The position numbers and the translations under genes are program-made. The notes under the pieces were generated by a model. The model saw nothing but the letters and a program-made list of their open reading frames with translations, was not told the origin of the DNA and ran no database searches. A stretch of DNA of 64,000 nucleotides. Source: Pseudomonadota bacterium. Its GTDB lineage: Bacteria > Pseudomonadota > Gammaproteobacteria > Nevskiales > Nevskiaceae. Positions 1 through 7,906 of the stretch are shown piece after piece. Within the stretch, counting starts at the first letter, position 1. Each line of letters begins with the position of its first letter. The stretch lies in NCBI GenBank assembly GCA_038043245.1, contig JBBTCH010000003.1, positions 100,601 through 164,600 of the forward strand, read 5' to 3'.

Positions 1-120
1 AGCGCCAGCGCCGCGTCTTCAGCAGCGCAGGGACGCGGCCTGTTGCTCGGCGGTCTCGCACTTTCGACCTTGCTGGCCTTCGCCGCGTTCGCGTCTTTCC
101 GTTTTCTTCTGACCCCGTAA
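1..120 (+). CDS. 3' end of an upstream gene (partial); C-terminal tail ...GRGLLLGGLALSTLLAFAAFASFRFLLTP*
   Basis: Frame is open from the window edge to TAA at 118-120. The Gly-rich then hydrophobic tail resembles the tail of the 5316..6638 protein. Confidence 0.35.
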   Translation, partial: SASAASSAAQGRGLLLGGLALSTLLAFAAFASFRFLLTP

Positions 121-126
121 TCCCCA

Positions 127-1482
127 ATGAACAAATACCTGCTGGCCTGCGCATTATTGATACACACACATGTTTCTTACGGCGGCGTCAGTGCCGATGA
201 GGCAGCTCGGCTCGGGCGGGATCTCACTCCGATCGGCGCCGAGCGTGCGGGCAACGTCGAGGGCAGCATCCCCGAATGGACGCCGCTCCGGCCTTACGGC
301 AGTCCGCCGGGAAAGTACACGCTGGATCCGAAGATGGCCGAGGAAAAACCGCTGTTCACGATCACGGCGGCGAATGCCGCGCAATACGCCAATCGCCTGA
401 CGGCGGGCCACCGCAAACTCTTGCAGACGTATCCGACCTACCGGATGCAGGTCTATCCGAGCCGGCGTGATGTCAGCTGGCCCGACGCCATCGTGGATGC
501 CACGCGCGTTAATGCGACGCGTTGCGGGCGTGACGGCGACGAGACGCTCGACAACTGCAGGCTGGGATTCCCGTTTCCGATTCCGCAGGCAGGCGCCGAG
601 CCGATCTGGAACCACAAGCTGAAATGGCGAGGCGAGGCGCTGACCCGCTACAACAACCAGCTGATCGTGCAAAGCGACGGCCGTTATCAGCTGACCAAGC
701 TGGTGGAGGACGTGGACTATCCGTACGCCAGCATCGTCAATCCAGTGCCACTGACGCGCACCTCGGCCGAGTTCTCGCGCTATCTGTCGCAGACCCTGGC
801 GCCGCCGCGGCTCGCGGGCACGTTCCTGCTGTTCGTTGACCGTGTCGCCGCCGGCAGTCAGGGCCGCGCCGGCTGGACCTACTCGCCCAGTCTGCGTCGA
901 GTGCGTCGCTCGTCGAACCTGTGCTGCGACAACCCTTACGAGGGCACCGACGGCCATCAGTTCTACGACCAGATCGACATGTTCAACGGCACCTTGTCGC
1001 GCTTCAACTGGCAACTGCTCGGCAAGCGCGAGCTGTACATCAGCTACCACGCCAACCGCATCGCCAACCCCAAGATCAAGTACGCCGACATGGTGCGGCC
1101 CGGCCACTTCAATCCGGAGCTGCCGCGCTACGAGCTGCACCGCGTCTGGGTGGTGGAAGGCACGGTGAAGCCGAGCGTCTCGCACACCTTCAAGCGGCGC
1201 GTGCTGTATCTCGACGAGGACACCTGGACCATTGTCGCCGTGGATGCCTATGACCATCGCGACGGGCTGTATCAGTTCCAGGAGGGGCATCTGCTGGTCG
1301 CCGCACGCATGCTGGCCGGCTTCACCTCGCCCGAGCTGATTTACCACTTCAGCTCCGGGCGTTATTTCGTGACCGGCGTCGCCAACGAGGACAAGCCGCC
1401 CAATACCGACCCCAAGTTCCCCGCCGACCACTTCACGCCCGAGGCTTTGCGCAGGCGTGCGAGCGTGGGCGCGGGCGAGTAG
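127..1482 (+). CDS. DUF1329 family periplasmic/outer-membrane-associated protein
   Basis: Signal peptide followed by VSADEAARLGRDLTPIGAERAGNVEGSIPEWTP, which I recall as the characteristic N-terminal signature of DUF1329 proteins. The 451-aa length is typical. Confidence 0.8.
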   Translation: MNKYLLACALLIHTHVSYGGVSADEAARLGRDLTPIGAERAGNVEGSIPEWTPLRPYGSPPGKYTLDPKMAEEKPLFTITAANAAQYANRLTAGHRKLLQTYPTYRMQVYPSRRDVSWPDAIVDATRVNATRCGRDGDETLDNCRLGFPFPIPQAGAEPIWNHKLKWRGEALTRYNNQLIVQSDGRYQLTKLVEDVDYPYASIVNPVPLTRTSAEFSRYLSQTLAPPRLAGTFLLFVDRVAAGSQGRAGWTYSPSLRRVRRSSNLCCDNPYEGTDGHQFYDQIDMFNGTLSRFNWQLLGKRELYISYHANRIANPKIKYADMVRPGHFNPELPRYELHRVWVVEGTVKPSVSHTFKRRVLYLDEDTWTIVAVDAYDHRDGLYQFQEGHLLVAARMLAGFTSPELIYHFSSGRYFVTGVANEDKPPNTDPKFPADHFTPEALRRRASVGAGE

Positions 1483-1524
1483 TTGGGAACATTGACATTT
1501 GTATAAAAACATGTATGTTCCCAA
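1483..1524 (+). promoter_or_regulatory. Candidate sigma70 promoter embedded in a perfect 10-bp inverted repeat (operator-like)
   Basis: TTGGGAACAT (1483-1492) and ATGTTCCCAA (1515-1524) flank an AT-rich core. The core contains TTGACA (1492-1497), a 16-nt spacer and TATGTT (1514-1519). Confidence 0.4.
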
Positions 1525-1608
1525 GCAAAGCACTATGACGGTCAAGCGTTACTTCCGTACCGGCCTTGACCGCCAATAACCATAACGGTGCGGGCAAGGA
1601 GATCAGCA

Positions 1609-2649
1609 ATGAGTCGTATTTCTTTGGTGGCAGATGCAGGGTTGTGTTCGCGTGTGGTAGCGGCAATCGTGGCGATATTCGTTGGGGGCTATTCAGCACA
1701 AGGCTTGGCTCAGACCGACGCGCAGAGAATTCAGGCGGCGACGACGACCGCCAATACCAATGCGTTCTGCAATGCGCTGCCCAAGTTTTACTGGGAGATC
1801 GGCAAGGGCAGCCAGAGCACGCCGATGGCCAGTGGCAGCCGTGGCGGCGGGGCACCCTCAGCGACGACCCAGATGCCGGTTTACTCCGCCAGCAAATGGG
1901 TCTACGGCGCCTATGTCTTCCAGAAGCGCAGTGGTGTGCTGAGCACGGCGGATCGGCGAGCGGCCACCATGAGCATGGGCTATACCGAAAACAGCGCGTG
2001 TCTGTTCGATACCACCGTCGGCACTTGTCACACCGCGATGGACGCCTATGACCCGGCCGCATTGGATAAATTCTTCTACGCCTCCGGGCACTTCCAGAAG
2101 CACGCCTCGGTCGATCTCGCGCTTTCGGCCATGAACAAGACGCAACTGGCTACCGAAATCCATAGCCAGGTCGGCAGCGATTTCGTTTTTACCTACAACC
2201 AGCCGCAGTTGGCGGGGCGCGGCAAGAGCAGCGCGACGGACTACGCGAAATTCCTGCGCAAGATCCTGAATGGGCAGTTGCTGTTGTCCGGCAGCGCATT
2301 GGGGTCGGACGCCGTCTGCACCTATACCGACCCGACGGATCCGCTGACGGGGAGGACGAACTGTCCCACCGCGTTGTACTCGCCTGTCGATGATGCCGCA
2401 GTCGGTCTCCAGGAAGCCTGGCACTACTCGATCGGGCACTGGGTGGAAGATGACCCGGTGTGGCTTGCGAACGGTGGTGATGCGGCCTACAGCAGCCCCG
2501 GCGCGGCGGGTTTTTATCCCTGGATCGACTCCTCGCGAACCTATTACGGGATTCTTGCCAGAAATGAGGTAGGCGCCACCTCCTCCGGGGAGTCGGTTAA
2601 ATGCGGGCGGTTGATCCGCAAGGCCTGGCTCACGGCTACCGCGCAGTAG
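1609..2649 (+). CDS. Secreted beta-lactamase-fold-like serine hydrolase, paralog A1
   Basis: AGGAG lies 8 nt upstream of the ATG at 1609. Signal peptide ends ...AQGLAQ. SxxK motif in YSASKW, YASGHF, and SSPGAAGFYPWID parallels SSPGAYGVHGWID of the 6642 enzyme. About half the residues match the next gene. Confidence 0.7.
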   Translation: MSRISLVADAGLCSRVVAAIVAIFVGGYSAQGLAQTDAQRIQAATTTANTNAFCNALPKFYWEIGKGSQSTPMASGSRGGGAPSATTQMPVYSASKWVYGAYVFQKRSGVLSTADRRAATMSMGYTENSACLFDTTVGTCHTAMDAYDPAALDKFFYASGHFQKHASVDLALSAMNKTQLATEIHSQVGSDFVFTYNQPQLAGRGKSSATDYAKFLRKILNGQLLLSGSALGSDAVCTYTDPTDPLTGRTNCPTALYSPVDDAAVGLQEAWHYSIGHWVEDDPVWLANGGDAAYSSPGAAGFYPWIDSSRTYYGILARNEVGATSSGESVKCGRLIRKAWLTATAQ

Positions 2650-2656
2650 TTGTCCT

Positions 2657-2689
2657 GGATCAGGCAGAGCTGAAACCTCTGCCTGATCC
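2657..2689 (+). terminator. 13-bp perfect hairpin directly after paralog A1
   Basis: GGATCAGGCAGAG-ctgaaac-CTCTGCCTGATCC. There is no clear U-tract on the + strand. Confidence 0.4.
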
Positions 2690-2809
2690 AAAATGGCTGA
2701 GCATCCCTTCCGCGTCGGACTCAGTTGCCAAACCGTCGTGGCGCGAACGAGGAGATCAACGATAAACCGAGACATTTCATTCGTGGAGGGATTCAAAGGG
2801 TTCCGGGGC

Positions 2810-3865
2810 ATGTGCGTATTGCTGGCCATCGCCCTCGCGTTCCCGGCATCCGCGCAGACCATCGCAGCGCGGACGCAGGCGGTCACCGACACCATCAACA
2901 ACAACAAGGATCTGGGCGAGATCTGCGCGATGGATTTCTACTGGGAAATCGGCGATCGCGATGCCCAGCGTGCTTCGGGCCAGAAGGGCACCTCGTTCAA
3001 GGCGACCACCGACATGCAGATTTATTCCGCCGGCAAATGGCTCTACAGCGCTTATGTGTTTCAGAAGCGTGGCGGTCAGCTGACCGCGGCGGACAAGGAC
3101 GCCCTGCGCATGCAGTCCGGCTACAACCAGAGCAATGCCTGCCTGGGCACCGCCACGCTTGCGCAATGCCAGAATCTGATGAATACCTACACTTCCTCGG
3201 CGGATATCAATAACCAGTACTACTACGCAGGCGGCCATTTCCAGAAGCATGCGACCGCCGTGCTGGGCATGGGCAGCAAGACCAAGCCGCAGATGGTGGC
3301 CGAGATGCAGGGCACGGCTGCCAGCCCACTGCTGAACACGCCCGACGGCGCCGACACCAACGTCGTTTTCACCCTGGCGACGCCGGTGATGGCCAGCGGC
3401 CACAAGACCACCGCTACCAACTACGCGGTGTTCCTGCGCAAGATGCTGAGCGGAACTCTGCTGCTATCGGGCAGCGCCTTGGGGTCGGATGGCGTGTGTA
3501 CCTATCCCGCTCCTAGTAATGCCCAAACCGGGCGCATGAATTGCCCGGGCGCGATTTATTCTCCGGCAGCGCCGATCCAACCTGGCGTGTATGAAGTGGA
3601 TGGTGGGACGAATGAGGCCTGGAGCTATTCCATAGGCCACTGGGTCGAGACCGATCCAGTCTGGCTCGCCGGCGGCGGTGATGCCGCCTACAGCAGCGCC
3701 GGCGCCGCCGGATTTTATCCGTGGATCGATTCGTCACGAACCTATTACGGCATTCTGGCGCGCAACATCCTGACCACCACCTCGGCCGGCGAGTCGGTCA
3801 AGTGTGGTCGCCAGATCCGCAAGGCTTGGTTGACGGGTATCGCGGCGCCGAGCGGCGTGCAATGA
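2810..3865 (+). CDS. Secreted beta-lactamase-fold-like serine hydrolase, paralog A2
   Basis: Signal peptide MCVLLAIALAFPASAQ; a GTG at 2783 is an alternative start. Motifs YSAGKW (SxxK), YAGGHF and SSAGAAGFYPWIDSSRTYYGILARN are collinear with A1. Confidence 0.7.
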   Translation: MCVLLAIALAFPASAQTIAARTQAVTDTINNNKDLGEICAMDFYWEIGDRDAQRASGQKGTSFKATTDMQIYSAGKWLYSAYVFQKRGGQLTAADKDALRMQSGYNQSNACLGTATLAQCQNLMNTYTSSADINNQYYYAGGHFQKHATAVLGMGSKTKPQMVAEMQGTAASPLLNTPDGADTNVVFTLATPVMASGHKTTATNYAVFLRKMLSGTLLLSGSALGSDGVCTYPAPSNAQTGRMNCPGAIYSPAAPIQPGVYEVDGGTNEAWSYSIGHWVETDPVWLAGGGDAAYSSAGAAGFYPWIDSSRTYYGILARNILTTTSAGESVKCGRQIRKAWLTGIAAPSGVQ

Positions 3866-4107
3866 GTTTTTAAGCGCCACCCGCTTACGGTCGTTTACGG
3901 ACCGTGGCGGTGCTTGGGACGAACAGCGGGGGCCGTCCATGGATAAAATCAACCATTGAATTTTTCGTGAAGACAGGTATGTTTATTCATCGAATCGGGC
4001 CGGGCTGAGAGGAATTTCGGATCAAGCATCAAACAACGCGCCGGCAATGGATTGCTCGCACACAACACAAGGGACTGTTCAACTTCGCGGCGCCGCTGTT
4101 AGCGCTG

Positions 4108-5223
4108 TTGCTGCTGGCGGTTGCCGGCCTCGCCGCCTGCGGCCCTTCCAGTGCGCCAGTGGGCGGCGGCAACCCGCTGGTGTGCGCGCCCATCACACTG
4201 CCGACGCCGAGCGGCGCAGGCAGCGCAATCGACGGCCCAGCGCCAGCCTATGACTGGCAGGGCGACTGGCAGAGCTGCGAGGTGTTGTTTGTCTCGAAGC
4301 TGCACGGCTCGCAACTCTATGGCGTGCTGTTCGCGCCCAAGAACATCGATCTCGCCCGCGACAAGTTGCCGGTGGTGGTGATTGCGCCGGGCTCGGCCAC
4401 CGGTGTGCAATCGCAGTATCAATGGTCGGCGCGCGATCTCGCCGGGCATGGCTACCTCGCGCTGACGGTGGATCCGCAGGGCGTGGGCCGCTCCGAAGCG
4501 GTTGCACCGCCGCAAACGGCGGACAACTACATTGATGCCGTGGTCAGCGCGCTCGACTACCTGCTGTCCGCCGAGAATCCGCTGCGGGCGAATGTCGATG
4601 CCGCCCGCATGGGCGCAGCGGGCCATTCACTTTCTGCGCGCGTCGTCAGCTTTCTGCAGGGCGAAGACACCCGTCTTCAGGCGATCGTCGCCTGGGACAA
4701 TCTCTCCAGCACGGTCGAAGGCGATGCCGGGATCTCCAGTGGCGGCGGTACCTGTGGCGCTGTGATCGGCGGCGAGGTGCCGCTGGGGTCGCGACCCGCG
4801 CGCCAGCGGGTGCCGGCGATGGGGCAGGCCTCGGATGCGCCCGGTGGCTGCACCCAGGACACCGATCCCGAGGTGAAAAAAACCGGCTACAACACCTGGC
4901 GCAACGCGGGTATTTCCAGCATGCAGATCGTCGTCCAGGGCAAGGCGCATGCCGATTGGGCGCAGTCGCTGGTGGCGGATGCCAGCTCGGAGAGCCCGAA
5001 GTCAAAAGAGTTGCAGCTGTTCCAGCACTACACGCGCGCCTGGTTCGATCTCTGGCTCAAGCAAGACCCCAGGGCCATCGCGGCGCTGACCGCCTCGCAA
5101 GTGTTTGAGAACACCCTGCAGACGATCTACAGCGTGGACTTCCGCTCGGCGCTCTTTCTGCCCAATGCCGGCATTGACTGCCCGGACATTCTCTCGGGCG
5201 GCTGCCCTGCGTTTGCGCCTTGA
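4108..5223 (+). CDS. Lipoprotein alpha/beta hydrolase (dienelactone-hydrolase/cutinase-like), paralog B1; start unresolved
   Basis: Lipobox LAAC. WSARDLAGHGYLALTVDPQGVGRSE, then the nucleophile elbow GHSLS. The only ATG/GTG/TTG in frame is TTG 4108, which truncates the signal peptide (see finding). Confidence 0.7.
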   Translation: MLLAVAGLAACGPSSAPVGGGNPLVCAPITLPTPSGAGSAIDGPAPAYDWQGDWQSCEVLFVSKLHGSQLYGVLFAPKNIDLARDKLPVVVIAPGSATGVQSQYQWSARDLAGHGYLALTVDPQGVGRSEAVAPPQTADNYIDAVVSALDYLLSAENPLRANVDAARMGAAGHSLSARVVSFLQGEDTRLQAIVAWDNLSSTVEGDAGISSGGGTCGAVIGGEVPLGSRPARQRVPAMGQASDAPGGCTQDTDPEVKKTGYNTWRNAGISSMQIVVQGKAHADWAQSLVADASSESPKSKELQLFQHYTRAWFDLWLKQDPRAIAALTASQVFENTLQTIYSVDFRSALFLPNAGIDCPDILSGGCPAFAP

Positions 5224-5274
5224 CCCCGGCGCCATGCCCCAGGCTGTCGTTGCTGTTTTTACTGTTCAGGGGCG

Positions 5275-5397
5275 CACCCGCTTACGACTGAAAACCGCTT
5301 TCAAATAGCATTTCGATGAACAAGGTGATACTAAAAATGTACCAATCTATTTTTGCTGCGAGGCTTGCGAGGCCCCAACAGGGCAGAAGCGGGTGGG
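5275..5397. repeat. MITE-like element, copy C (degenerate core)
   Basis: Left end CACCCGCTTA, core GGTGATACTAAAAATGTACCA, right end AGAAGCGGGTGGG. Collinear with the copies at 13098 and 30181. Confidence 0.6.
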
Positions 5398-6638
5398 CGT
5401 TTTTGCTGCTCTGCATGGCCTGGTTTGCGCCGGCAGTGCCTGTGTCGGCTGCGGTATGCGAGGAGAACAACGCCTCGCCTGGCATCGCCGCCGATGAGGC
5501 GCTAGGCCGGCAGGAGCCGTTTGATTGGCAGGGTGAGTTTGTCGAGGACGATGGCATCTGTTTTCCGTCGCGCAACTCCGGCGCGCAGTTGCGCGCCTTT
5601 CTGCTGGCGCCGGCGAATATCGAGAGCCTGCCCGACGGCTCGCTGCCGGTGGTGGTGATCGGCCCCGGCAGCGGCGGCGCGGCCCGGGCGATGAATTACC
5701 TGTGGTCGGCGCGCGATCTGGCCGGTCACGGCTATCTCGCCTTGTCGGTGGATCCGCAGGGTGTCGGCCGCTCTGAGGTCAACGGCGGCGAGCCCAACGG
5801 CTGCGGCGCCAGCGGCTGCCCCAATGCGCCGTTCCAGAAAGCCAGCAATTTCGTGGATGGACTGGTCAGCGGCGCGGATTATCTATTTACGCGCGAGCAT
5901 CCCTGGCTGAAGAAAGCCGATCTCACGCGCATCGGCGTGGCGGGTCATTCGCTGTCTGCGCGGGCCGCGACTTATATCGGTGGCCTTGATGAGCGTTTCA
6001 GCGCAGCGGTCGGCTGGGACAACATGTCGAGCGATCTCAACGGTGACGCCGGCATTTCCAGCGGCGGTGGCGCCTGCGGTTCCGCGATTGGCGGCGAGCC
6101 ACCGAGTGCGCCGGTGATCGCGCCGCCGCGCGTTCCGACCATGGGCCATGCCTCGGATGTGCCGGGCGGCTGCACGCAGGACACTAATCCAGAGGTGAAA
6201 AAAACCGGCTACGAGCACTGGCGCGCCGCTGGCACGGCGACGATGCAGCTGGTGTTCAAGGCGGCCGCGCACGGCGACTGGGCGCACACGTCGAGCAGCA
6301 CCTCTGAGCAATTGCAGTTGTTCGAGTACTACACGCGCAACTGGTTCGATCTTTATCTGAAACGAGACGAAGGCGCGCGCCTTCGTCTGCTGATGCCGGA
6401 GATTCTAGCGATGACGCCGGATCAGATTTACTCGGCGAGCTTTCGCTCGGCCGCATTCATGCCCGAGGCCGGCGTGGACTGCCCGGACCTGTTGGTGGAA
6501 GCCTGCCGGCCGCCGGCCGGAAAAACGCTGGGTAGCGGGCTGCTCCTGGGCGCGCTCGGCCTGGGTCCAGTATTATTACTGCTGATGCTTGCTGCGATAT
6601 CGCGCTTAAAGCTGGGCCAGACCACGCAAGGACGCTAG
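5316..6638 (+). CDS. Secreted alpha/beta hydrolase, paralog B2, with C-terminal hydrophobic sorting-like tail
   Basis: WSARDLAGHGYLALSVDPQGVGRSE, GVAGHSLSA and VPGGCTQDTNPEVKKTGY match B1. The 5' end, including the ATGs at 5316 and 5337, lies inside MITE copy C, so the start is uncertain. Confidence 0.7.
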   Translation: MNKVILKMYQSIFAARLARPQQGRSGWAFLLLCMAWFAPAVPVSAAVCEENNASPGIAADEALGRQEPFDWQGEFVEDDGICFPSRNSGAQLRAFLLAPANIESLPDGSLPVVVIGPGSGGAARAMNYLWSARDLAGHGYLALSVDPQGVGRSEVNGGEPNGCGASGCPNAPFQKASNFVDGLVSGADYLFTREHPWLKKADLTRIGVAGHSLSARAATYIGGLDERFSAAVGWDNMSSDLNGDAGISSGGGACGSAIGGEPPSAPVIAPPRVPTMGHASDVPGGCTQDTNPEVKKTGYEHWRAAGTATMQLVFKAAAHGDWAHTSSSTSEQLQLFEYYTRNWFDLYLKRDEGARLRLLMPEILAMTPDQIYSASFRSAAFMPEAGVDCPDLLVEACRPPAGKTLGSGLLLGALGLGPVLLLLMLAAISRLKLGQTTQGR

Positions 6639-6641
6639 TAA

Positions 6642-7880
6642 ATGCGCAATCTCTTTCAAGAATTTCAACTACAGACGAGAGGTCGGGGGGTCCGCGTGTT
6701 TGCCAGCGCGGCGCTGGTCGGATGTGCGGTTGCCGGTTGCGGCCTGCCATCGTCGGAGGTGGCGGTGCAGTCCGGCAGAAACGCATCCGGTTCCTGGCCG
6801 GAGATCGACGAACGTCTGCAACGCGCGGTGCGCCCAGCTGCGCCTGGCGTGCCGTGCCAGGGAGGATATTCGGCGGAATCCTGTGGTCTGGAATTGCGTT
6901 TCGGCTCGCGCGATCAGCTGTGGTACGACCAATCGTTTGGCGAGTGGACCCGGGACGCGCAAGTGCCCATTGCGTCTGCCAGCAAGTGGCTGACGGCGGC
7001 GGCCATCATGACCCTGGTGGACGAAGGCACGCTCGACCTGGACGCGCCCATCAGCACTTACTGGAGCGGTCTGGACGCTGACCACGGTGCCATCAGCATG
7101 CGCCAGCTTCTGTCCCATACGTCGGGAATGGTTCATCATGCTCCCTGCACCCACGACCAGCAGATACATACCCTCCAGCAATGCGCGCAGGAAATCCTGC
7201 TGCTGCCGTTGGCGGCAAAGCCGGGCACCACATTTCTATACGGGGCACCCAGCTTCCAGGTGGCCGGCGCCATCGCAGAAAAAGTCAGCGGCCAGTCCTG
7301 GCGCGACCTGTTCAAGGAACGGATCGCCGATCCGCTCGGAATGACAAAAACCCTGTACGGCTCGACCCGGGGGCAGTTCGCGGACACCACCAGCAATCCT
7401 CAACTGGCGGGAGGGGGAATCTCCACGGCCAGTGACTATTACGCGTTCCTGGACATGATGATGCAGCGGGGAATGTTTCAGGGCCGCCGGGTTTTGTCCG
7501 AACGCGCCTATGACGCGATGGAGCGCAGCAATACGGGCGGCGTAAGCCGTTATGAATGCCCGTTGACCGAGGCGGCCTGCTATCCGGTCTGGCCCACGGC
7601 CGGTTTTGCGCTGGGCAATCCCGCGACCGGCAGCGTGCCGTATGGGCTGGGCAACTGGCTGTTTCGTGTGGACAGCGACTGCAACGGCACGCTGGTCTCA
7701 AGCCCCGGTGCCTACGGCGTGCACGGCTGGATCGATACCATCCGAGGCTATCGCGGACTGTTGTTCATGAACGGCGACTACACGGCGTCAGCGCCTATAT
7801 TTGAGGATCTCCTCTCGATTCTGGATCAGCGCATTCCCCAGCGCACGGCGCCCGAGGCGCCGCTTAAGGATTGCGCCTAG
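6642..7880 (+). CDS. Beta-lactamase-family serine hydrolase (esterase family VIII / class C-like), lipoprotein
   Basis: Lipobox VAGC. IASASKWLTAAAIMTLVDEG (SxxK), LLSHTSGM and SSPGAYGVHGWID. Confidence 0.85.
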   Translation: MRNLFQEFQLQTRGRGVRVFASAALVGCAVAGCGLPSSEVAVQSGRNASGSWPEIDERLQRAVRPAAPGVPCQGGYSAESCGLELRFGSRDQLWYDQSFGEWTRDAQVPIASASKWLTAAAIMTLVDEGTLDLDAPISTYWSGLDADHGAISMRQLLSHTSGMVHHAPCTHDQQIHTLQQCAQEILLLPLAAKPGTTFLYGAPSFQVAGAIAEKVSGQSWRDLFKERIADPLGMTKTLYGSTRGQFADTTSNPQLAGGGISTASDYYAFLDMMMQRGMFQGRRVLSERAYDAMERSNTGGVSRYECPLTEAACYPVWPTAGFALGNPATGSVPYGLGNWLFRVDSDCNGTLVSSPGAYGVHGWIDTIRGYRGLLFMNGDYTASAPIFEDLLSILDQRIPQRTAPEAPLKDCA

Positions 7881-7906
7881 GGTCGAAGCTGATCCCCGAT
7901 CGATTG

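Noticed and set aside
154-1545. 463-aa ORF on the minus strand opposite the DUF1329 gene
   Set aside because: This is an antisense shadow ORF typical of high-GC DNA. Its composition is Arg/Ala/Gly-rich with no motifs, and the plus-strand gene has a clear family signature.
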